A stretch of 64,000 nt of DNA. It comes from an uncultured Candidatus Binatia bacterium (lineage in GTDB: Bacteria > Desulfobacterota > Binatia > UBA9968 > JAJDTQ01). Below the pieces are notes generated by a model. The model worked only from the letters and a program-made list of their open reading frames with translations, did not search any database and had not been told where the DNA came from. The translations under genes were made by a program, and so were the position numbers. The DNA lies in NCBI GenBank assembly GCA_965213675.1, contig OZ243916.1, forward strand, positions 768,001 to 832,000, given 5' to 3'. Position 1 is the stretch's first letter. Every line of letters starts with the position of its first letter. Positions 1 through 15,031 of the stretch are shown one piece after another.

Positions 1-114
1 CTGAAGACGCTGCTGCGCCAGCCCGTGCTGTTCGACGGGCGCAACCTCTACGACCCGGCCGTGATGCGGCGCCACGGTTTCACCTACTACTCCATGGGAC
101 GGGGCCGTGGATAG
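1..114 (+). CDS. ugd: UDP-glucose/GDP-mannose dehydrogenase, C-terminal end (partial)
   Basis: Frame 1 reads [44 protein letters not shown]...GF-Y--GR is the typical Ugd C-terminus. Confidence 0.8.
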   Translation: MKTLLRQPVLFDGRNLYDPAVMRRHGFTYYSMGRGRG

Positions 115-1900
115 CAGCCGCATCCGCAACTTCTGCATCATCGCTCACATCGACCACGGCAAATCCACGCTTGCCGATCGGTTGCTGGAGCACACCGGCG
201 CCTTGAGCGAACGCGAGAAGACCGACCAGTTCCTCGACAAGATGGAGCTGGAGCGCGAGCGCGGCATCACCATCAAGGCCAGCCCGGTGCGCCTCGAATA
301 CCGTTCCCGGAACGGCGAGGACTACATCCTCAACCTCATCGACACTCCCGGCCACGTGGACTTCACCTATGAGGTGTCGCGCAGCCTGGCGGCCTGCGAG
401 GGAGCCATCCTGGTGGTGGACGCGGCCCAGGGAGTCGAGGCCCAGACCGTGGCCAACGTCTACCTGGCCCTGGACCACGACCTCCAGGTGTTTCCAGTCA
501 TCAACAAGATCGACCTTCCGAGCGCGGATCCGGAGCGGGTCAAGGGTGAAATCGAGGATATCATCGGGCTGGACAGCTCCCACGCCATCCTTGCCAGCGC
601 CAAACAGGGCGTGGGCACGGAAGAGGTGCTGGAAGGCATCGTCGCCAACTTCCCGCCGCCCCTGGGCGAGGAGCAGGCGCCGCTGCGCGGGTTGATCTTT
701 GATAGTTGGTTCGACCCGTACCACGGCGCGGTGATCCTGCTGCGCGTGTTCGAGGGAACGGTGCGGACCGGCGACGCCATCCGCCTCATGTCCACCGGCG
801 GGGTGTTCGAGGTGAACCGCTTGGGCGTCTTCGCGCCCGGCCCGGTGGTGGTGGAGAGCCTCGGTCCGGGCGAGGTGGGTTTCCTCATGGCCTCCATCAA
901 GAACATCCGCGAGGCGCGCATGGGCGACACCGTCACCAGCTACAAACGCCCCACCCTCGAACCCATGGAGGGGTTCCGTCCGCTCAAGCCAATGGTGTTC
1001 AGCGGCCTCTACCCCACCGACTCCGGGCAGTACCAGGCCTTGCGGACCGCGCTGGAGAAGCTGAGCCTCAACGATTCCTCTTTCACCTACGAACCGGAGT
1101 CATCCCAGGCGCTGGGTTTCGGTTTTCGCTGCGGCTTCCTCGGTCTGTTGCATCTCGACATCGTGCACGAGCGGGTGGAGCGGGAGTTCGACCTTTCCCT
1201 CATCACCACCGCGCCCACCGTGGTCTACCAGGTGACCACGCGCAGCGGCGACGTGTTGGCCATCGACAACCCCGTGGCCTTTCCCAACGAGGCCGACATC
1301 GAGATGATCGAGGAACCCTTCATCCGCGCCACCATCCACCTGCCGCAGGACTACCTCGGAGCCGTCCTCAAGCTCTGTGAGGAAAAGCGCGGCGCGCAGC
1401 AGGAATTGCGCTACGCGGGCCTCAACCGCGCCATGGTCACCTACGAACTGCCGCTCAACGAAATCGTTTACGACTTCTACGACCGCCTCAAATCCCTGAG
1501 CCGGGGCTACGCCTCCATGGACTACGAGATGGCGGGCATGCGCGCGTCCAAGCTGGTGAAGCTGGACGTGCGCATCAACGGCGACCTGGTGGACGCCATG
1601 TCGTTGATCGTGCACCGGGACAAGGCTTACGCGCGCGGCCGCGACATGGTCCAGCGCATGCGCGAACTGATCCCGCGGCAGCTCTTCGAGGTCGTCATCC
1701 AGGCGGCCATCGGCAGCCGCGTCATCGCCCGGGAGTCGGTGAAGGCGCTGCGCAAGAACGTCACCGCCAAGTGCTACGGCGGCGACATCACGCGCAAGCG
1801 CAAGCTCCTGGAACGGCAGAAGGAAGGCAAGAAGCGCATGAAATCCGTGGGGCGGGTGGAGATTCCCCAGGAAGCCTTCCTCGCCGCCCTCAAGAGCTAG
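107..1900 (+). CDS. lepA: Translation elongation factor 4 (LepA)
   Basis: [38 protein letters not shown] and C-terminal [15 protein letters not shown]. Confidence 0.99.
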   Translation: MDSSRIRNFCIIAHIDHGKSTLADRLLEHTGALSEREKTDQFLDKMELERERGITIKASPVRLEYRSRNGEDYILNLIDTPGHVDFTYEVSRSLAACEGAILVVDAAQGVEAQTVANVYLALDHDLQVFPVINKIDLPSADPERVKGEIEDIIGLDSSHAILASAKQGVGTEEVLEGIVANFPPPLGEEQAPLRGLIFDSWFDPYHGAVILLRVFEGTVRTGDAIRLMSTGGVFEVNRLGVFAPGPVVVESLGPGEVGFLMASIKNIREARMGDTVTSYKRPTLEPMEGFRPLKPMVFSGLYPTDSGQYQALRTALEKLSLNDSSFTYEPESSQALGFGFRCGFLGLLHLDIVHERVEREFDLSLITTAPTVVYQVTTRSGDVLAIDNPVAFPNEADIEMIEEPFIRATIHLPQDYLGAVLKLCEEKRGAQQELRYAGLNRAMVTYELPLNEIVYDFYDRLKSLSRGYASMDYEMAGMRASKLVKLDVRINGDLVDAMSLIVHRDKAYARGRDMVQRMRELIPRQLFEVVIQAAIGSRVIARESVKALRKNVTAKCYGGDITRKRKLLERQKEGKKRMKSVGRVEIPQEAFLAALKS

Positions 1901-1985
1901 GAGCTGCTAGGAGCTTGCGCCACCTCCGGGCAACGGCGCCGCTTGCGGCGTCAACGACGGATGGGCTACATTATCCAGGTCTGCA

Positions 1986-2200
1986 ATGAAGACCGCAGCA
2001 GATGGGGCTCGACCCTGCCCGCGCATTCCCTACGGCGAAGCCGACATCAGGCGCATCCGTCTGAGAGGTTGGCTGTACGTGGTCAAGACCCGCTTTATAC
2101 GCGAGTTGGAACAGGAGAGGCATGCTTTCCTGATCCGTCCCCGCCGCTTCGCAAGAGTCTGTGGGCGCCGGTGCTGGAAAACGACCATGATCGGGGCTGT
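1986..2200 (+). pseudogene. N-terminal fragment of an AAA-ATPase-like (PF09820-type) protein, frameshifted and truncated
   Basis: RIPYGEADIRRIR..WLYVVKTRFIRELE...FLIRPRRF, then KSLWAPVLEN in another frame. The RPRRFGKSL Walker A motif is broken by a 1-nt loss. Confidence 0.75.
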
Positions 2201-2413
2201 GAGCTTGCGCCGTTCGTGCGCTTCGCTTGGCCATCGTGTTCCATGGCTGGGCAACCGCCGCCTGCGAGACGGTGGGGCACGGCATGGAGTGAGTGGGCCG
2301 GTCCCCAGGTCGATGGCGCCGGGAAGCATCAATGGGCTGGTGTCCGGATGAAGGACGTGACGGGCGGAGCCACGTAAACGAAGTATCGGGTTTGGGGAAA
2401 CAGGACTCCGCAC

Positions 2414-3091
2414 GTGGCCATATTCTCAAAGGCTCGGAAGTCCGTGTTCCGGGAATACACGGAAGCCATCGTCATCGCCTTGTTGGCGGCGCTGTTCCTG
2501 CGCACGTTCGTGGTGCAGGCGTTCAAGATCCCTTCCGGCTCCATGATCCCCACGTTGGTCATCGGCGATCATATCCTGGTCAACAAGCTGTCCTACGGAG
2601 TCCGGCTGCCGGACCTGAACTGGGTGCCCTTCGCCGGATGCGTCGATCTGGCGCGAGGTTCCCATGTCGTGAACTGGGACGCCCCGGAACGCGGCGACGT
2701 GATCGTCTTCATCTATCCGCAGGACCGATGCAAGGACTTCATCAAACGGGTGGTGGCGGTGCCCGGCGACGAGGTGCGGATCCGGGACAAGAAGGTGTTC
2801 ATCAACGGGGAGCCCGTGGAGGACGCGCACGCCGACTTCGAGGACAAGGGCATGATTCTGGGCGAAGGCCATCCGCGCGACAACCTCGCTCCCATTCAGG
2901 TGCCGGAAGGCCACTTGTTCGTCATGGGCGACAACCGGGACCGAAGCTTCGACAGCCGCTTCTGGGGCTTCGTGCCCATCGATGACGTGCGCGGCCGGGC
3001 CTTCGTCAAGTACTGGTCCTGGGACTCCGAAAGGGAGCAGGGCTCGTGGGAACGGCTGCGCTGGTGGCGCATCGGCGGACTCATTCACTGA
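2414..3091 (+). CDS. lepB: Signal peptidase I
   Basis: [39 protein letters not shown]; lies downstream of lepA. Confidence 0.98.
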   Translation: MAIFSKARKSVFREYTEAIVIALLAALFLRTFVVQAFKIPSGSMIPTLVIGDHILVNKLSYGVRLPDLNWVPFAGCVDLARGSHVVNWDAPERGDVIVFIYPQDRCKDFIKRVVAVPGDEVRIRDKKVFINGEPVEDAHADFEDKGMILGEGHPRDNLAPIQVPEGHLFVMGDNRDRSFDSRFWGFVPIDDVRGRAFVKYWSWDSEREQGSWERLRWWRIGGLIH

Positions 3092-3116
3092 CCTTTCAAC
3101 CGATGACGTACACGAC

Positions 3117-4235
3117 ATGAAAGCCACGCTCACCCTGGCCGACGGGACCTCGTTTGCCGGCCGCTCTTTCGGCAGTGAAGGAGAGACCGCGGGCGAGGTC
3201 GTCTTCAACACCAGCATGACGGGATATCAGGAGATCCTCACCGATCCATCCTACGAGGGTCAGCTCGTCGCCATGACCTATCCCCAGATCGGCAATGTCG
3301 GCGTCAATCCGGAGGACGACGAATCTTCCCGGGCGTTCGTCAGGGGGTTCATCGTCAAGGAATACTGCCCGGCGCCCAGCAACTGGCGCAGCACCCAGGC
3401 GTTGCACGACTACATGCGGGAGCGCGGCATCATCGGCATCGAGGGGGTGGATACGCGCGCGCTGGTGACCCGCATCCGTGAGCGCGGGGCGCAGGAGGGC
3501 ATCATCTCCACGACGGGCCACGACGCGGAGGAACTGTCGGCAAAAGCGCAACGGCTCGGCGGACTTGAGGGCAGGGATCTGGTGAAGCACGTGAGCTGCC
3601 GTGAACCCTACACGTGGGATCAGGGAGGCTGGCGCATGGGCAGCGGCTTTGTCCGCGCCGGCGAGCCGGAATTTCGCGTGGTGGCCTACGATTACGGCAT
3701 CAAGTTCAACATCCTCAGAGGTTTGGTGGGAGCGCGTTGCGCGGTAACGGTGGTGCCGGCCTGGACCCCGGCGGATGAGGTGCTGGCGCTGGATCCCGAC
3801 GGCATCTTCCTCTCCAACGGTCCGGGAGACCCGGCGGCGGTGGCGTACGCCGCGGACAACGTGCGCCAACTGGTGGGCCAGCGCCCGGTCTTCGGAATCT
3901 GCCTCGGCCACCAGATCCTGGGGTTGGCCCTGGGCGGGCGCACCTTCAAGCTCAAGTTCGGCCACCACGGCGGCAACCAGCCGGTCATGGACCTCACCAC
4001 AGGGAAAGTGGAGATCACAACCCAGAATCATGGTTTTGCGGTGGACCCCGATTCCCTCAAGGGCGCGGTGGAAGTGACCCACGTGAATCTCAACGACCGC
4101 ACCGTGGAAGGGCTGCGGCACCGCGAATACCCGATCTTCTCCGTCCAGTACCATCCCGAGGCGTCCCCAGGACCGCACGACGCGGACTATCTGTTCGAAC
4201 GCTTCCGCCGCCTCATGGCCGGCGCCGGAACCTGA
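3117..4235 (+). CDS. carA: Carbamoyl-phosphate synthase small subunit
   Basis: [47 protein letters not shown]; start ATG at 3117. Confidence 0.98.
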   Translation: MKATLTLADGTSFAGRSFGSEGETAGEVVFNTSMTGYQEILTDPSYEGQLVAMTYPQIGNVGVNPEDDESSRAFVRGFIVKEYCPAPSNWRSTQALHDYMRERGIIGIEGVDTRALVTRIRERGAQEGIISTTGHDAEELSAKAQRLGGLEGRDLVKHVSCREPYTWDQGGWRMGSGFVRAGEPEFRVVAYDYGIKFNILRGLVGARCAVTVVPAWTPADEVLALDPDGIFLSNGPGDPAAVAYAADNVRQLVGQRPVFGICLGHQILGLALGGRTFKLKFGHHGGNQPVMDLTTGKVEITTQNHGFAVDPDSLKGAVEVTHVNLNDRTVEGLRHREYPIFSVQYHPEASPGPHDADYLFERFRRLMAGAGT

Positions 4236-4236
4236 G

Positions 4237-7554
<3,318 letters not shown>

Positions 7555-7711
7555 CGCCCCGGGAAAGGCGGCTGTGTGACCGCCTGAATTACGGAGCCGA
7601 TTCCTTTTCAACTCCTGTCATTGACGATCCGAGGCGCTGGCGCCGTTTACAGGATGCTTGACCCGCTTTCTCATTCGTTGCGGCGAGTCCCGAATCCCAT
7701 AGCCTGTTGTC

Positions 7712-10054
7712 GTGGCCCACTCCTATCGCGCCAACGCCGTCGATCCCGCCGCCTGCCGTGAGGCGTTGCAGCTTCCTCTGAGCGTGCTGAAGGGCATCGG
7801 TCCGGTACGCGCCGCGCAACTGGCCGCGCGCGGTCTCGCCACCATCGAGGACCTGCTCTACCATCTGCCTTTCCGCTATCAGGACCGCCGCGCCGCCGCG
7901 CCCATCGCCGACGCCGCGGCCGGGGGAACCGCGACCTTCGCGGGCCAACTGACAAGTCTCGGAAGCGGCCGGACGCGTGGTCGGCGCCGCATCCTCACGG
8001 GCACGTTGACCGACGACAGCGCCAGTCTGGAGTTGCTGTGGTTCAATCCAGCCCGTTATCTCACGGACACCCTTCGCGTGGGGCAGCGCCTGGTAGTGTA
8101 CGGGCGGGTTGCGCGCCAACGCGGCGCGCGCCTCGGCCTCGCTCACCCGGAGTTCGAGGTGCTCGAAAGCGACACCGGACGCGCGCCGGAAATCCGCCCG
8201 ATCTACGCGAAGCCCGGCAACGTGCCGCAGTCGACGCTACGCGGCTGGATCGTTCAGGCGCTGGAGGGTTACGGTGCTTTCCTCCCCAGCTTTTTGCCGC
8301 CTGACGTCGCGTTGCGGCAGGGGCTCATGGACCTGGAACAGGCTCTGGAGACCCTCCACCGGCCATCCTTGCAGAACCCCGATATCCCGCGCGATGCGGT
8401 CCGACGACTTCCGCGCGGCAGCGGCGCTCCAGAACCCGCGCCGCTGAAGAGCGCGGCGGTTGCGGCCGTCACGGAGGACGCCCGCGGCTGCGCTGTCTCC
8501 GGGTCCTTTCCGGCGCCGGAGGCGTCCCGGGAACCGGACTTGGCCAGCGAAGCCTGCGTTGCGGCCCGACGCTCCCTGGCGTTCGACGAGTTCTTCTATT
8601 TCCAACTGGCCCTGGCCCTGCGGCAACGGCAGCGCCTGGACACTCCGGGCCTCGCTCTGCCCGCTCTTCCCGCGCGAGTTTCCTCTCTCACCGGCCGGAT
8701 GCGGCAGCTTCTGCCCTACCGTCTGACGGGCGGACAGGAGCGGGTGCTGCGAGAGATCCACTTGGACATGGCGTCGCCCAACCCCATGCGCCGGCTGCTG
8801 CGAGGCGACGTGGGCTCGGGCAAGACCGTCATCGCCTGGCTCGCGGCCTTGCGCGCCATCGAGAACGGCCGTCAGGCGCTGCTGCTGGCGCCCACGGAGT
8901 TGCTCGCGGAACAGCACTACGAGCGCCTCGCTCCCCATGCCGAGAGGCTCGGCGTACGCGCCGCGCTGCTTTCCGCGTCGCTCTCGGCGGCTTCCCGGAA
9001 GGACGTCGTCGGGCGCATCCGCGACGGCGCGGTGGATTTTGTGGCCGGCACCCATGCGCTGTTCCAGGAAGGAATCTCGGCGCCGCGCATGGGATTGGGC
9101 ATCGTCGACGAGCAGCACCGGTTCGGGGTGGGCCAGCGCGCCGCCTTTGCGCGGCTCGCCGCGCGGACCGCGGCGGAGGAAGGAGCGCCCGAAGGCGCGC
9201 CCGAGCCGGATCTGCTTCTGATGAGCGCCACGCCCATTCCCCGCAGCCTCGCCATGGTCCTGTCCGGCGACCTGGACGTGTCGGTCCTGGACGAAGCGCC
9301 GCCGGGCCGGACGCCGGTGCGCACGGTGGTGGTGCAGGAGGACCGAAGGCAGCGGGTGTACGAGCGCGTCCGCGCCGCGGTGGCGGATGGACGGCAAGCC
9401 TATCTCGTCTGTCCGCTGGTGGACGACTCCGACAAGATGCCGCTGGCCGCCGCCAAACACATGGCGCGGGAGCTGTCTCGCACCGTGATGCAGGGTCTGC
9501 GCCTGGACCTGGTTCACGGTCAAATGCCCGCCGCCGATCGGGACCGGGTGATGCGGCGGTTCCGGCGGGGGGATATCCAGGTGCTGGTGGCCACCACCGT
9601 CATCGAGGTCGGCATCGACGTTCCCCGCGCCACCCTCATGGTGGTGGAGCACGCCGAGCGGTTCGGGCTCGCGCAGTTGCACCAGCTCCGGGGCAGGGTG
9701 GGGCGTGGCCGGGACGAGTCCCATTGCGTCCTCATCCACCACGGCTCACGGGACGAGGACTCGCGCCGCCGGCTCGAAGTGCTGGCGCGGACCTCCGACG
9801 GCTTCGAGGTGGCCGAGGCCGATCTGAGGTTCCGCGGCGCCGGAGAGATCCTCGGGACCCGACAGGCCGGTGACCAGGGCTTCCGGGTCGCGCACCTGGT
9901 GCGGGACAACGAGGTGTTGCAGGCGGCGCGGCAAGAGGCGCGTGACTGGCTCGCTGGGAACGCCCGCCGGGCGAACGATGTCTCGCGGCGTATGCGAATG
10001 GAGCTTCGACGCCGTTGGGGGGATGACTCGGCACTGGCGGCCTGGATCGACTGA
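7712..10054 (+). CDS. recG: ATP-dependent DNA helicase RecG
   Basis: GDVGSGKT, DEQHRFGV, SATPIPRSL, QLHQLRGRVGRG; exact start uncertain. Confidence 0.96.
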   Translation: MAHSYRANAVDPAACREALQLPLSVLKGIGPVRAAQLAARGLATIEDLLYHLPFRYQDRRAAAPIADAAAGGTATFAGQLTSLGSGRTRGRRRILTGTLTDDSASLELLWFNPARYLTDTLRVGQRLVVYGRVARQRGARLGLAHPEFEVLESDTGRAPEIRPIYAKPGNVPQSTLRGWIVQALEGYGAFLPSFLPPDVALRQGLMDLEQALETLHRPSLQNPDIPRDAVRRLPRGSGAPEPAPLKSAAVAAVTEDARGCAVSGSFPAPEASREPDLASEACVAARRSLAFDEFFYFQLALALRQRQRLDTPGLALPALPARVSSLTGRMRQLLPYRLTGGQERVLREIHLDMASPNPMRRLLRGDVGSGKTVIAWLAALRAIENGRQALLLAPTELLAEQHYERLAPHAERLGVRAALLSASLSAASRKDVVGRIRDGAVDFVAGTHALFQEGISAPRMGLGIVDEQHRFGVGQRAAFARLAARTAAEEGAPEGAPEPDLLLMSATPIPRSLAMVLSGDLDVSVLDEAPPGRTPVRTVVVQEDRRQRVYERVRAAVADGRQAYLVCPLVDDSDKMPLAAAKHMARELSRTVMQGLRLDLVHGQMPAADRDRVMRRFRRGDIQVLVATTVIEVGIDVPRATLMVVEHAERFGLAQLHQLRGRVGRGRDESHCVLIHHGSRDEDSRRRLEVLARTSDGFEVAEADLRFRGAGEILGTRQAGDQGFRVAHLVRDNEVLQAARQEARDWLAGNARRANDVSRRMRMELRRRWGDDSALAAWID

Positions 10055-10090
10055 GGAAAGGCGGAACCGTGCGCTTCACGCTGGCTGCCT

Positions 10091-10251
10091 AGTGTGGTGT
10101 CTGGTTAATTCGCGTCATAATCTGCGGGTCTTTTTCGCCGTCGGCTGCGTTGCTCTTCCTCGCGTGGTACACGCCACTGCTCGTCATCGCGCCTTGCCGA
10201 CAACTAAAAATCCTCCGCACATTATGACGCGAATTAACCAGACACCACACT
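10091..10251. mobile_element. 161-bp MITE-like element (copy 1)
   Basis: Terminal inverted repeats agtgtggtgtctggttaattcgcgtcataat...attatgacgcgaattaaccagacaccacact; near-identical copy at 62006-62166. Confidence 0.85.
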
Positions 10252-10695
10252 TGCGGCCCACGACAGCGGGCGATGCCGGCCCTTCGCCTGGGAGCTTGCG
10301 CCGCAGCGATTCACGAATGCGGATTCGCAGCCGTGAATTCCAGCGACACGAGCCTCTCCCGGGTGGACCGTGAGGGCGCTTGGAAGGGTTCCGGGCATTC
10401 CCGGCGCGTTGCGCCCGCATGGCGATTGCCTTATATAACAAGGTTATCCTGCCTTTTTGTTCGCCGACATGGGCTTGGGGCACGCGCTGTTCGAGGAGAT
10501 GATCTATGAGGGCAGCCAACTGAAGAGCCGTGCAGCCAGCCTGCGACAGGACACGGGTACCGCGTTTCGCAAAGAGGTTGACCATGGAGCGCGGAGTCTG
10601 GTCGGCGGCAAGGCGTCCTTCAGCTTCCACAAGCGCGGTGGAATGACGCCTTGCAGCATGTTGCCGCGCGGGAAGAGTCGAGAGGGATCGCGATA

Positions 10696-11874
10696 GTGGA
10701 GTTCAACCGCATCAAGAGGCTGCCGCCCTACGTCTTCAACACCATCAACGACCTCAAGCAGGAGGCCCGGAGGAGGGGAGAGGACATCGTCGACTTCAGC
10801 ATGGGCAATCCGGACATGGCGACGCCGGCGCCCATTGTCGACAAGCTGGTGGAAGCGGTGCAGAAGCCTCAGAACCACCGTTATTCCGTGTCCCGCGGCA
10901 TCTACAAGCTGCGGCTCGCCATTGCCGACTGGTACCGGCGGCGCTACGGGGTCGCCATCGATGCGGACGACGAGGCCATCGTCACCATCGGCTCCAAGGA
11001 AGGGCTGGCGCACATGGTGCTGGCCATGATCGATCCGGGGGACGTGGTGCTGTGTCCGAGTCCCACGTATCCCATTCACCAGTACTCGGTGGTCATCGCC
11101 GGCGGCGACCTGCGCAGCATCCCGCTGGTTTCCAGCGAGGGGTTCATGGACCAACTCGAGGAGGCCCTCAAGCAGACGTGGCCACGGCCCAAGCTGCTGA
11201 TCCTGAACTTCCCGCACAATCCCACCACCGAGGTCGTGGATCTGGAATTCTTTGAGCGCATCGTGAGCTTCGCCAGGGAGAACGAAATCCTCGTGATCCA
11301 CGACCTCGCCTACGCGGACCTCACCTTCGACGGGTACGAACCTCCCAGTTTCCTCCAGGCCGCGGGCGCCAAGGACGTGGGCGTCGAGTTCTTCACCATG
11401 TCCAAGAGTTACAACATGCCGGGTTGGCGCGTGGGGTTCGCGGTGGGCAACGCCACCATGATTCATGCCTTGGCGCGGATCAAGAGTTACCTGGATTACG
11501 GCATATTCCAGCCGGTTCAGATCGCTTCCATCCATGCGTTGAACCATCAGGACGAAGACGTGGGGGAGATCTCCGAAAAGTACCGGAGCCGGCGCGACGT
11601 GCTGGTGGACGGCCTGGCGCGGCTCAACTGGATGATCCGCAAGCCCAAGGCCACCATGTTCGTGTGGGCCGAGATCCCGGCGCCCTACCGCTCCATGGGT
11701 TCGGTGGAGTTCTCAAAGTTCCTGCTCAACGAAGCCAAGGTGGCGGTCTCTCCCGGCATCGGCTTCGGCCAGTACGGCGATCAGCACGTGCGCTTCGCGC
11801 TGATCGAGAACGAGCACCGCACCCGGCAGGCCATCCGCACCATCCGCAACGCCATGGGCATCCTGCCCGAATAG
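10696..11874 (+). CDS. alaC: PLP-dependent class I aminotransferase (AlaC/YfdZ-like)
   Basis: [41 protein letters not shown]; directly upstream of hom. Confidence 0.85.
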   Translation: MEFNRIKRLPPYVFNTINDLKQEARRRGEDIVDFSMGNPDMATPAPIVDKLVEAVQKPQNHRYSVSRGIYKLRLAIADWYRRRYGVAIDADDEAIVTIGSKEGLAHMVLAMIDPGDVVLCPSPTYPIHQYSVVIAGGDLRSIPLVSSEGFMDQLEEALKQTWPRPKLLILNFPHNPTTEVVDLEFFERIVSFARENEILVIHDLAYADLTFDGYEPPSFLQAAGAKDVGVEFFTMSKSYNMPGWRVGFAVGNATMIHALARIKSYLDYGIFQPVQIASIHALNHQDEDVGEISEKYRSRRDVLVDGLARLNWMIRKPKATMFVWAEIPAPYRSMGSVEFSKFLLNEAKVAVSPGIGFGQYGDQHVRFALIENEHRTRQAIRTIRNAMGILPE

Positions 11875-11877
11875 CGC

Positions 11878-13254
11878 ATGGGATCACGGGTTCGCATCGG
11901 CATTCTCGGCGCCGGCACCGTGGGCGGCGCGGTCCACAATCTGGTGGTCCAGGGGCATCTGGCTCGTTTCGGGGTGGACGCCAGCGTGGTCAAGGTGTTC
12001 ACGCGCCGGCCCGAGGGAAAGCCACGTTACGCGGCGTCGCCGGAACTCTTCACCACCGATCCGGCTGAGGTCACCGGCCACCCGGATGTCGATGTCGTGG
12101 TGGAGGTGCTCGGCGCCGGGAGTCCCGAGGATCTACGCGCCCAGAAGGAATGGCTGGTGGACGCGCTGCGTCACGGCAAGCCGGTGGCCACGGCCAACAA
12201 GGCGTTGCTCGTGGCCCATGGCAGGGAAATCTGGAGTGCGGCCCGGGAAAACGGCAGGGCGGTGCGTTTCGAGGCCTGCGTGGGCGGCGGCATCCCCATC
12301 ATCGCACCCCTCACCCAGAGCCTCGCTGCCGAGCAGCCCGCGGCGGTCTACGGCCTGTTGAACGGCACCAGCAACTACATGCTGACGGAAATGGCCCAAC
12401 GGGGCCGGTCGTACGAGGAGGCCCTGGCTTCCGCCCAGGCTCTGGGCTACGCCGAGGCTGATCCGGACGCCGACGTGAGCGGCCGCGACGCCGAGGCCAA
12501 GCTGCTGCTGCTCGCCTCCATCACCTTCGGCGCGCGCCTGGAGGCCGGCGCCATCCACCGGAAGGGCGTCGAGCGCATCCACGCCATCGACTTTCTCTAT
12601 GCGGCGCGCAAGGGCCGCGCCACCATCAAGTCCGTGGCCCTGGCGCGCAACGCCGGCGGCGCGCTGGAGGCCATGGTGAGCCCCATGGTGGTGCCGGAAC
12701 GCCATCCCATCGCAAGCATCGACGGCGTCACCAACGCGTTGTTCTTCAAGGGCAGCGTCAGCGACGGCGGGGCGCCGGACGCGGGTGACTGGGACTACGT
12801 TTTCGCGGGGCCCGGGGCCGGCGGCGGCGCCACGGCGGTGGCGATTCTCGGCGATGTCCAGGAATTGGTGTTGGGTCCACGCGATGCGCCGTTTCTGCCG
12901 GTGGAGAGCCTCGTTTCGAAGGTGACATCGGTGCGCCCGCAAAAGGACCTCAGGGCATCCTTCTACGTCCGCTTCGTGGTGCGGGACCAGAGCGGCATCG
13001 TCGGCGAGCTTTGTCAGATATTCGGCGCTCAAGGGATCCATGTTTCCGAGATCTGGCAGCTCCAGCACACGGAAGACGAGCTGGAGTCCCTCGTGGGAAC
13101 AGGGCAGGGCGGAGTTGCGGCCCACGACATCCTACCGTTCGTCATCACGCTGGAAGAGACCAGCGTGGGCCAGTTGCGCCAGGCCCTGGAACGCATCGCG
13201 CACAAGGACTACGTACTGGTGGAGCCGTTGTGGCTGCCCATCTGGAAGGCTTGA
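11878..13254 (+). CDS. hom: Homoserine dehydrogenase
   Basis: GAGTVG, VATANKA, FEACVGGGIPII, NGTSNY, LGYAEADP, GPGAGG; C-terminal ACT-like region. Confidence 0.93.
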   Translation: MGSRVRIGILGAGTVGGAVHNLVVQGHLARFGVDASVVKVFTRRPEGKPRYAASPELFTTDPAEVTGHPDVDVVVEVLGAGSPEDLRAQKEWLVDALRHGKPVATANKALLVAHGREIWSAARENGRAVRFEACVGGGIPIIAPLTQSLAAEQPAAVYGLLNGTSNYMLTEMAQRGRSYEEALASAQALGYAEADPDADVSGRDAEAKLLLLASITFGARLEAGAIHRKGVERIHAIDFLYAARKGRATIKSVALARNAGGALEAMVSPMVVPERHPIASIDGVTNALFFKGSVSDGGAPDAGDWDYVFAGPGAGGGATAVAILGDVQELVLGPRDAPFLPVESLVSKVTSVRPQKDLRASFYVRFVVRDQSGIVGELCQIFGAQGIHVSEIWQLQHTEDELESLVGTGQGGVAAHDILPFVITLEETSVGQLRQALERIAHKDYVLVEPLWLPIWKA

Positions 13255-13304
13255 ACGGGCGCCGCGCGCGCGAACACCGGAGCGGACAGGCCCCGCGGCC
13301 GGAC

Positions 13305-13973
13305 ATGGATGACGGGAGCGGCCGGGTGGGACTGGTGGCCGTGCGGGACAGCCGCCGCTCCGGTCTTCAGGTGCTGTGGCCGAAAGCTTCTGCGGCGGCC
13401 GCACACGGCGGCAGCGGGAGCCTGTCGTTTCCCGCGGGTGAGTGCGACAGGGGCGATCGCGCACCGGCGACTTTGCTGCGGTGCCACGGGGTGACCGCGG
13501 CCAAGGCGCGCCGGTTGCTGGGCGCGGAGATGAGTCCGGACTACGCCATGGGCTGGTGGGTCGCCGCCGCGAGGGTTCTCCTCAGTGCTACAGGGCTTGT
13601 ATTCGCGGTGGAAGGCGAACACCGTACTCCGGTGCAACGAAGGGTCCCGCCCCGTGAACGGCATGCCTTGAGCGACAGGGGAGTGGACTTCAGCGATTTC
13701 CTGGTCCGTGAGCAACTGCATTGCGATCTGGGCCGCCTGTGCTTCTTCAGCCGGTGGGTGGCGCCGGATTCGGGTAACGCCACAAGATTTTTCCTGGTCA
13801 AGGTCCCCGACGACCTGCGCATCGCGGGCTGCGTGTGGCATGCCCCGGACAAGGCTTTGTTGCTGTGGCGCGCCGGTGCGTGGACCCTGGACTTCCCCAC
13901 TTTCGCGTGTCTGCGCATCCTGACGGACTTCGCCTCGTGTGATAGTCTTCTGTCCGAGTACCGGGACCCTTGA
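13305..13973 (+). CDS. Divergent Nudix-fold (NUDT19-like) protein
   Basis: FPAG, FFSRWVAP..TRFFL, W..P..AL..W..G...LDFPT; the Nudix box is degenerate. Confidence 0.55.
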   Translation: MDDGSGRVGLVAVRDSRRSGLQVLWPKASAAAAHGGSGSLSFPAGECDRGDRAPATLLRCHGVTAAKARRLLGAEMSPDYAMGWWVAAARVLLSATGLVFAVEGEHRTPVQRRVPPRERHALSDRGVDFSDFLVREQLHCDLGRLCFFSRWVAPDSGNATRFFLVKVPDDLRIAGCVWHAPDKALLLWRAGAWTLDFPTFACLRILTDFASCDSLLSEYRDP

Positions 13974-14050
13974 GTGTGCGGCCGGCGTGATTCATGGCCC
14001 GATGCGATGCGAGGGCCCGCATCGCGGTCCAACAAGCAGGAGAACCCGAT

Positions 14051-15031
14051 ATGGCAACGGCATTGACCCTGGCGCTGGAGCGATACGACCGCCACGTACC
14101 GTTTTTCATGGGCATGGTCCCGCCGCCGGACGGCATCGATCTGAAGGTGCTTGAGGTCGGCATGGCGCCGCCGCGGCGCGACGGCATCGACCGCCACCGG
14201 CGCTTCATGCTGGGCAACGAATTCGATATCTGCGAAATGTCGGTGTCGTCCTATCTGACGGCCAAGAGCCGCGGCCTCGACTACACCGCGACACCGGTGT
14301 TCCCGCGGCGCCTTTTCAGTCAGAACCACATGTTCGTCAGCACCGCCGCCGGCATCGACAAGCCCACCGACCTGATCGGCCGGAAGGTGTGCTGCCGAAG
14401 CTTCCAGACCACCATGTCGGTTCTGGCCAAGGGCGATCTCGCGTTCGAGTACGGCGTTCCCTGGCAGGAGCTCGACTGGCACACCATGACCACGGAACTC
14501 GTGGACTGGCCGGGCCGCGAGGCTGCCAGGTTGACCACCATCGACGAGCCCAGCGCGCCCGACGCGCTGATCGCGGGCGAGTTGGCCATGATGATCCACC
14601 CGCATCCGCCGGAGCGCCTGCTGGAGGGCTTGCGTGCAGGTTCGGTGCGGCGGCTTTTCCCTGATACCAAGCAGGAGTGCGCCCGTTATTTCAGGAAGTA
14701 TGGCGATTACCCCATCATGCATGTGCTGGTCTACAAGCAGGAAATCGCCGAGCGGCATCCCGGCCTCCCGCGCGCGCTGATGGACATGTGGGAAGACTCC
14801 AAGACCCAGGCGGCGGGATTCTATGACGACCCCGGCTATTCCGAACTGGCGTTTGCGCGCAATGAATTCGAGGAGGAACGGACCCTGTTCGGCACGGACA
14901 TCTGGCCGTCGGGCCTGGCCGCCAATCGCGCCAGCATCGAACGTTTCATGAAGTACCTGACCGACCAGACGCTCATCCAGGCGCCGTACCCGGTGGAGGA
15001 GCTTTTTCATCCGAGCGTCCTGGATACTTGA
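14051..15031 (+). CDS. 4,5-dihydroxyphthalate decarboxylase-like / PBP2-fold substrate-binding protein
   Basis: YDRH, EFDICEMSVSSY, PVFPRRLF, QTT, YPIMHV, WPSGLAANR. Confidence 0.8.
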   Translation: MATALTLALERYDRHVPFFMGMVPPPDGIDLKVLEVGMAPPRRDGIDRHRRFMLGNEFDICEMSVSSYLTAKSRGLDYTATPVFPRRLFSQNHMFVSTAAGIDKPTDLIGRKVCCRSFQTTMSVLAKGDLAFEYGVPWQELDWHTMTTELVDWPGREAARLTTIDEPSAPDALIAGELAMMIHPHPPERLLEGLRAGSVRRLFPDTKQECARYFRKYGDYPIMHVLVYKQEIAERHPGLPRALMDMWEDSKTQAAGFYDDPGYSELAFARNEFEEERTLFGTDIWPSGLAANRASIERFMKYLTDQTLIQAPYPVEELFHPSVLDT

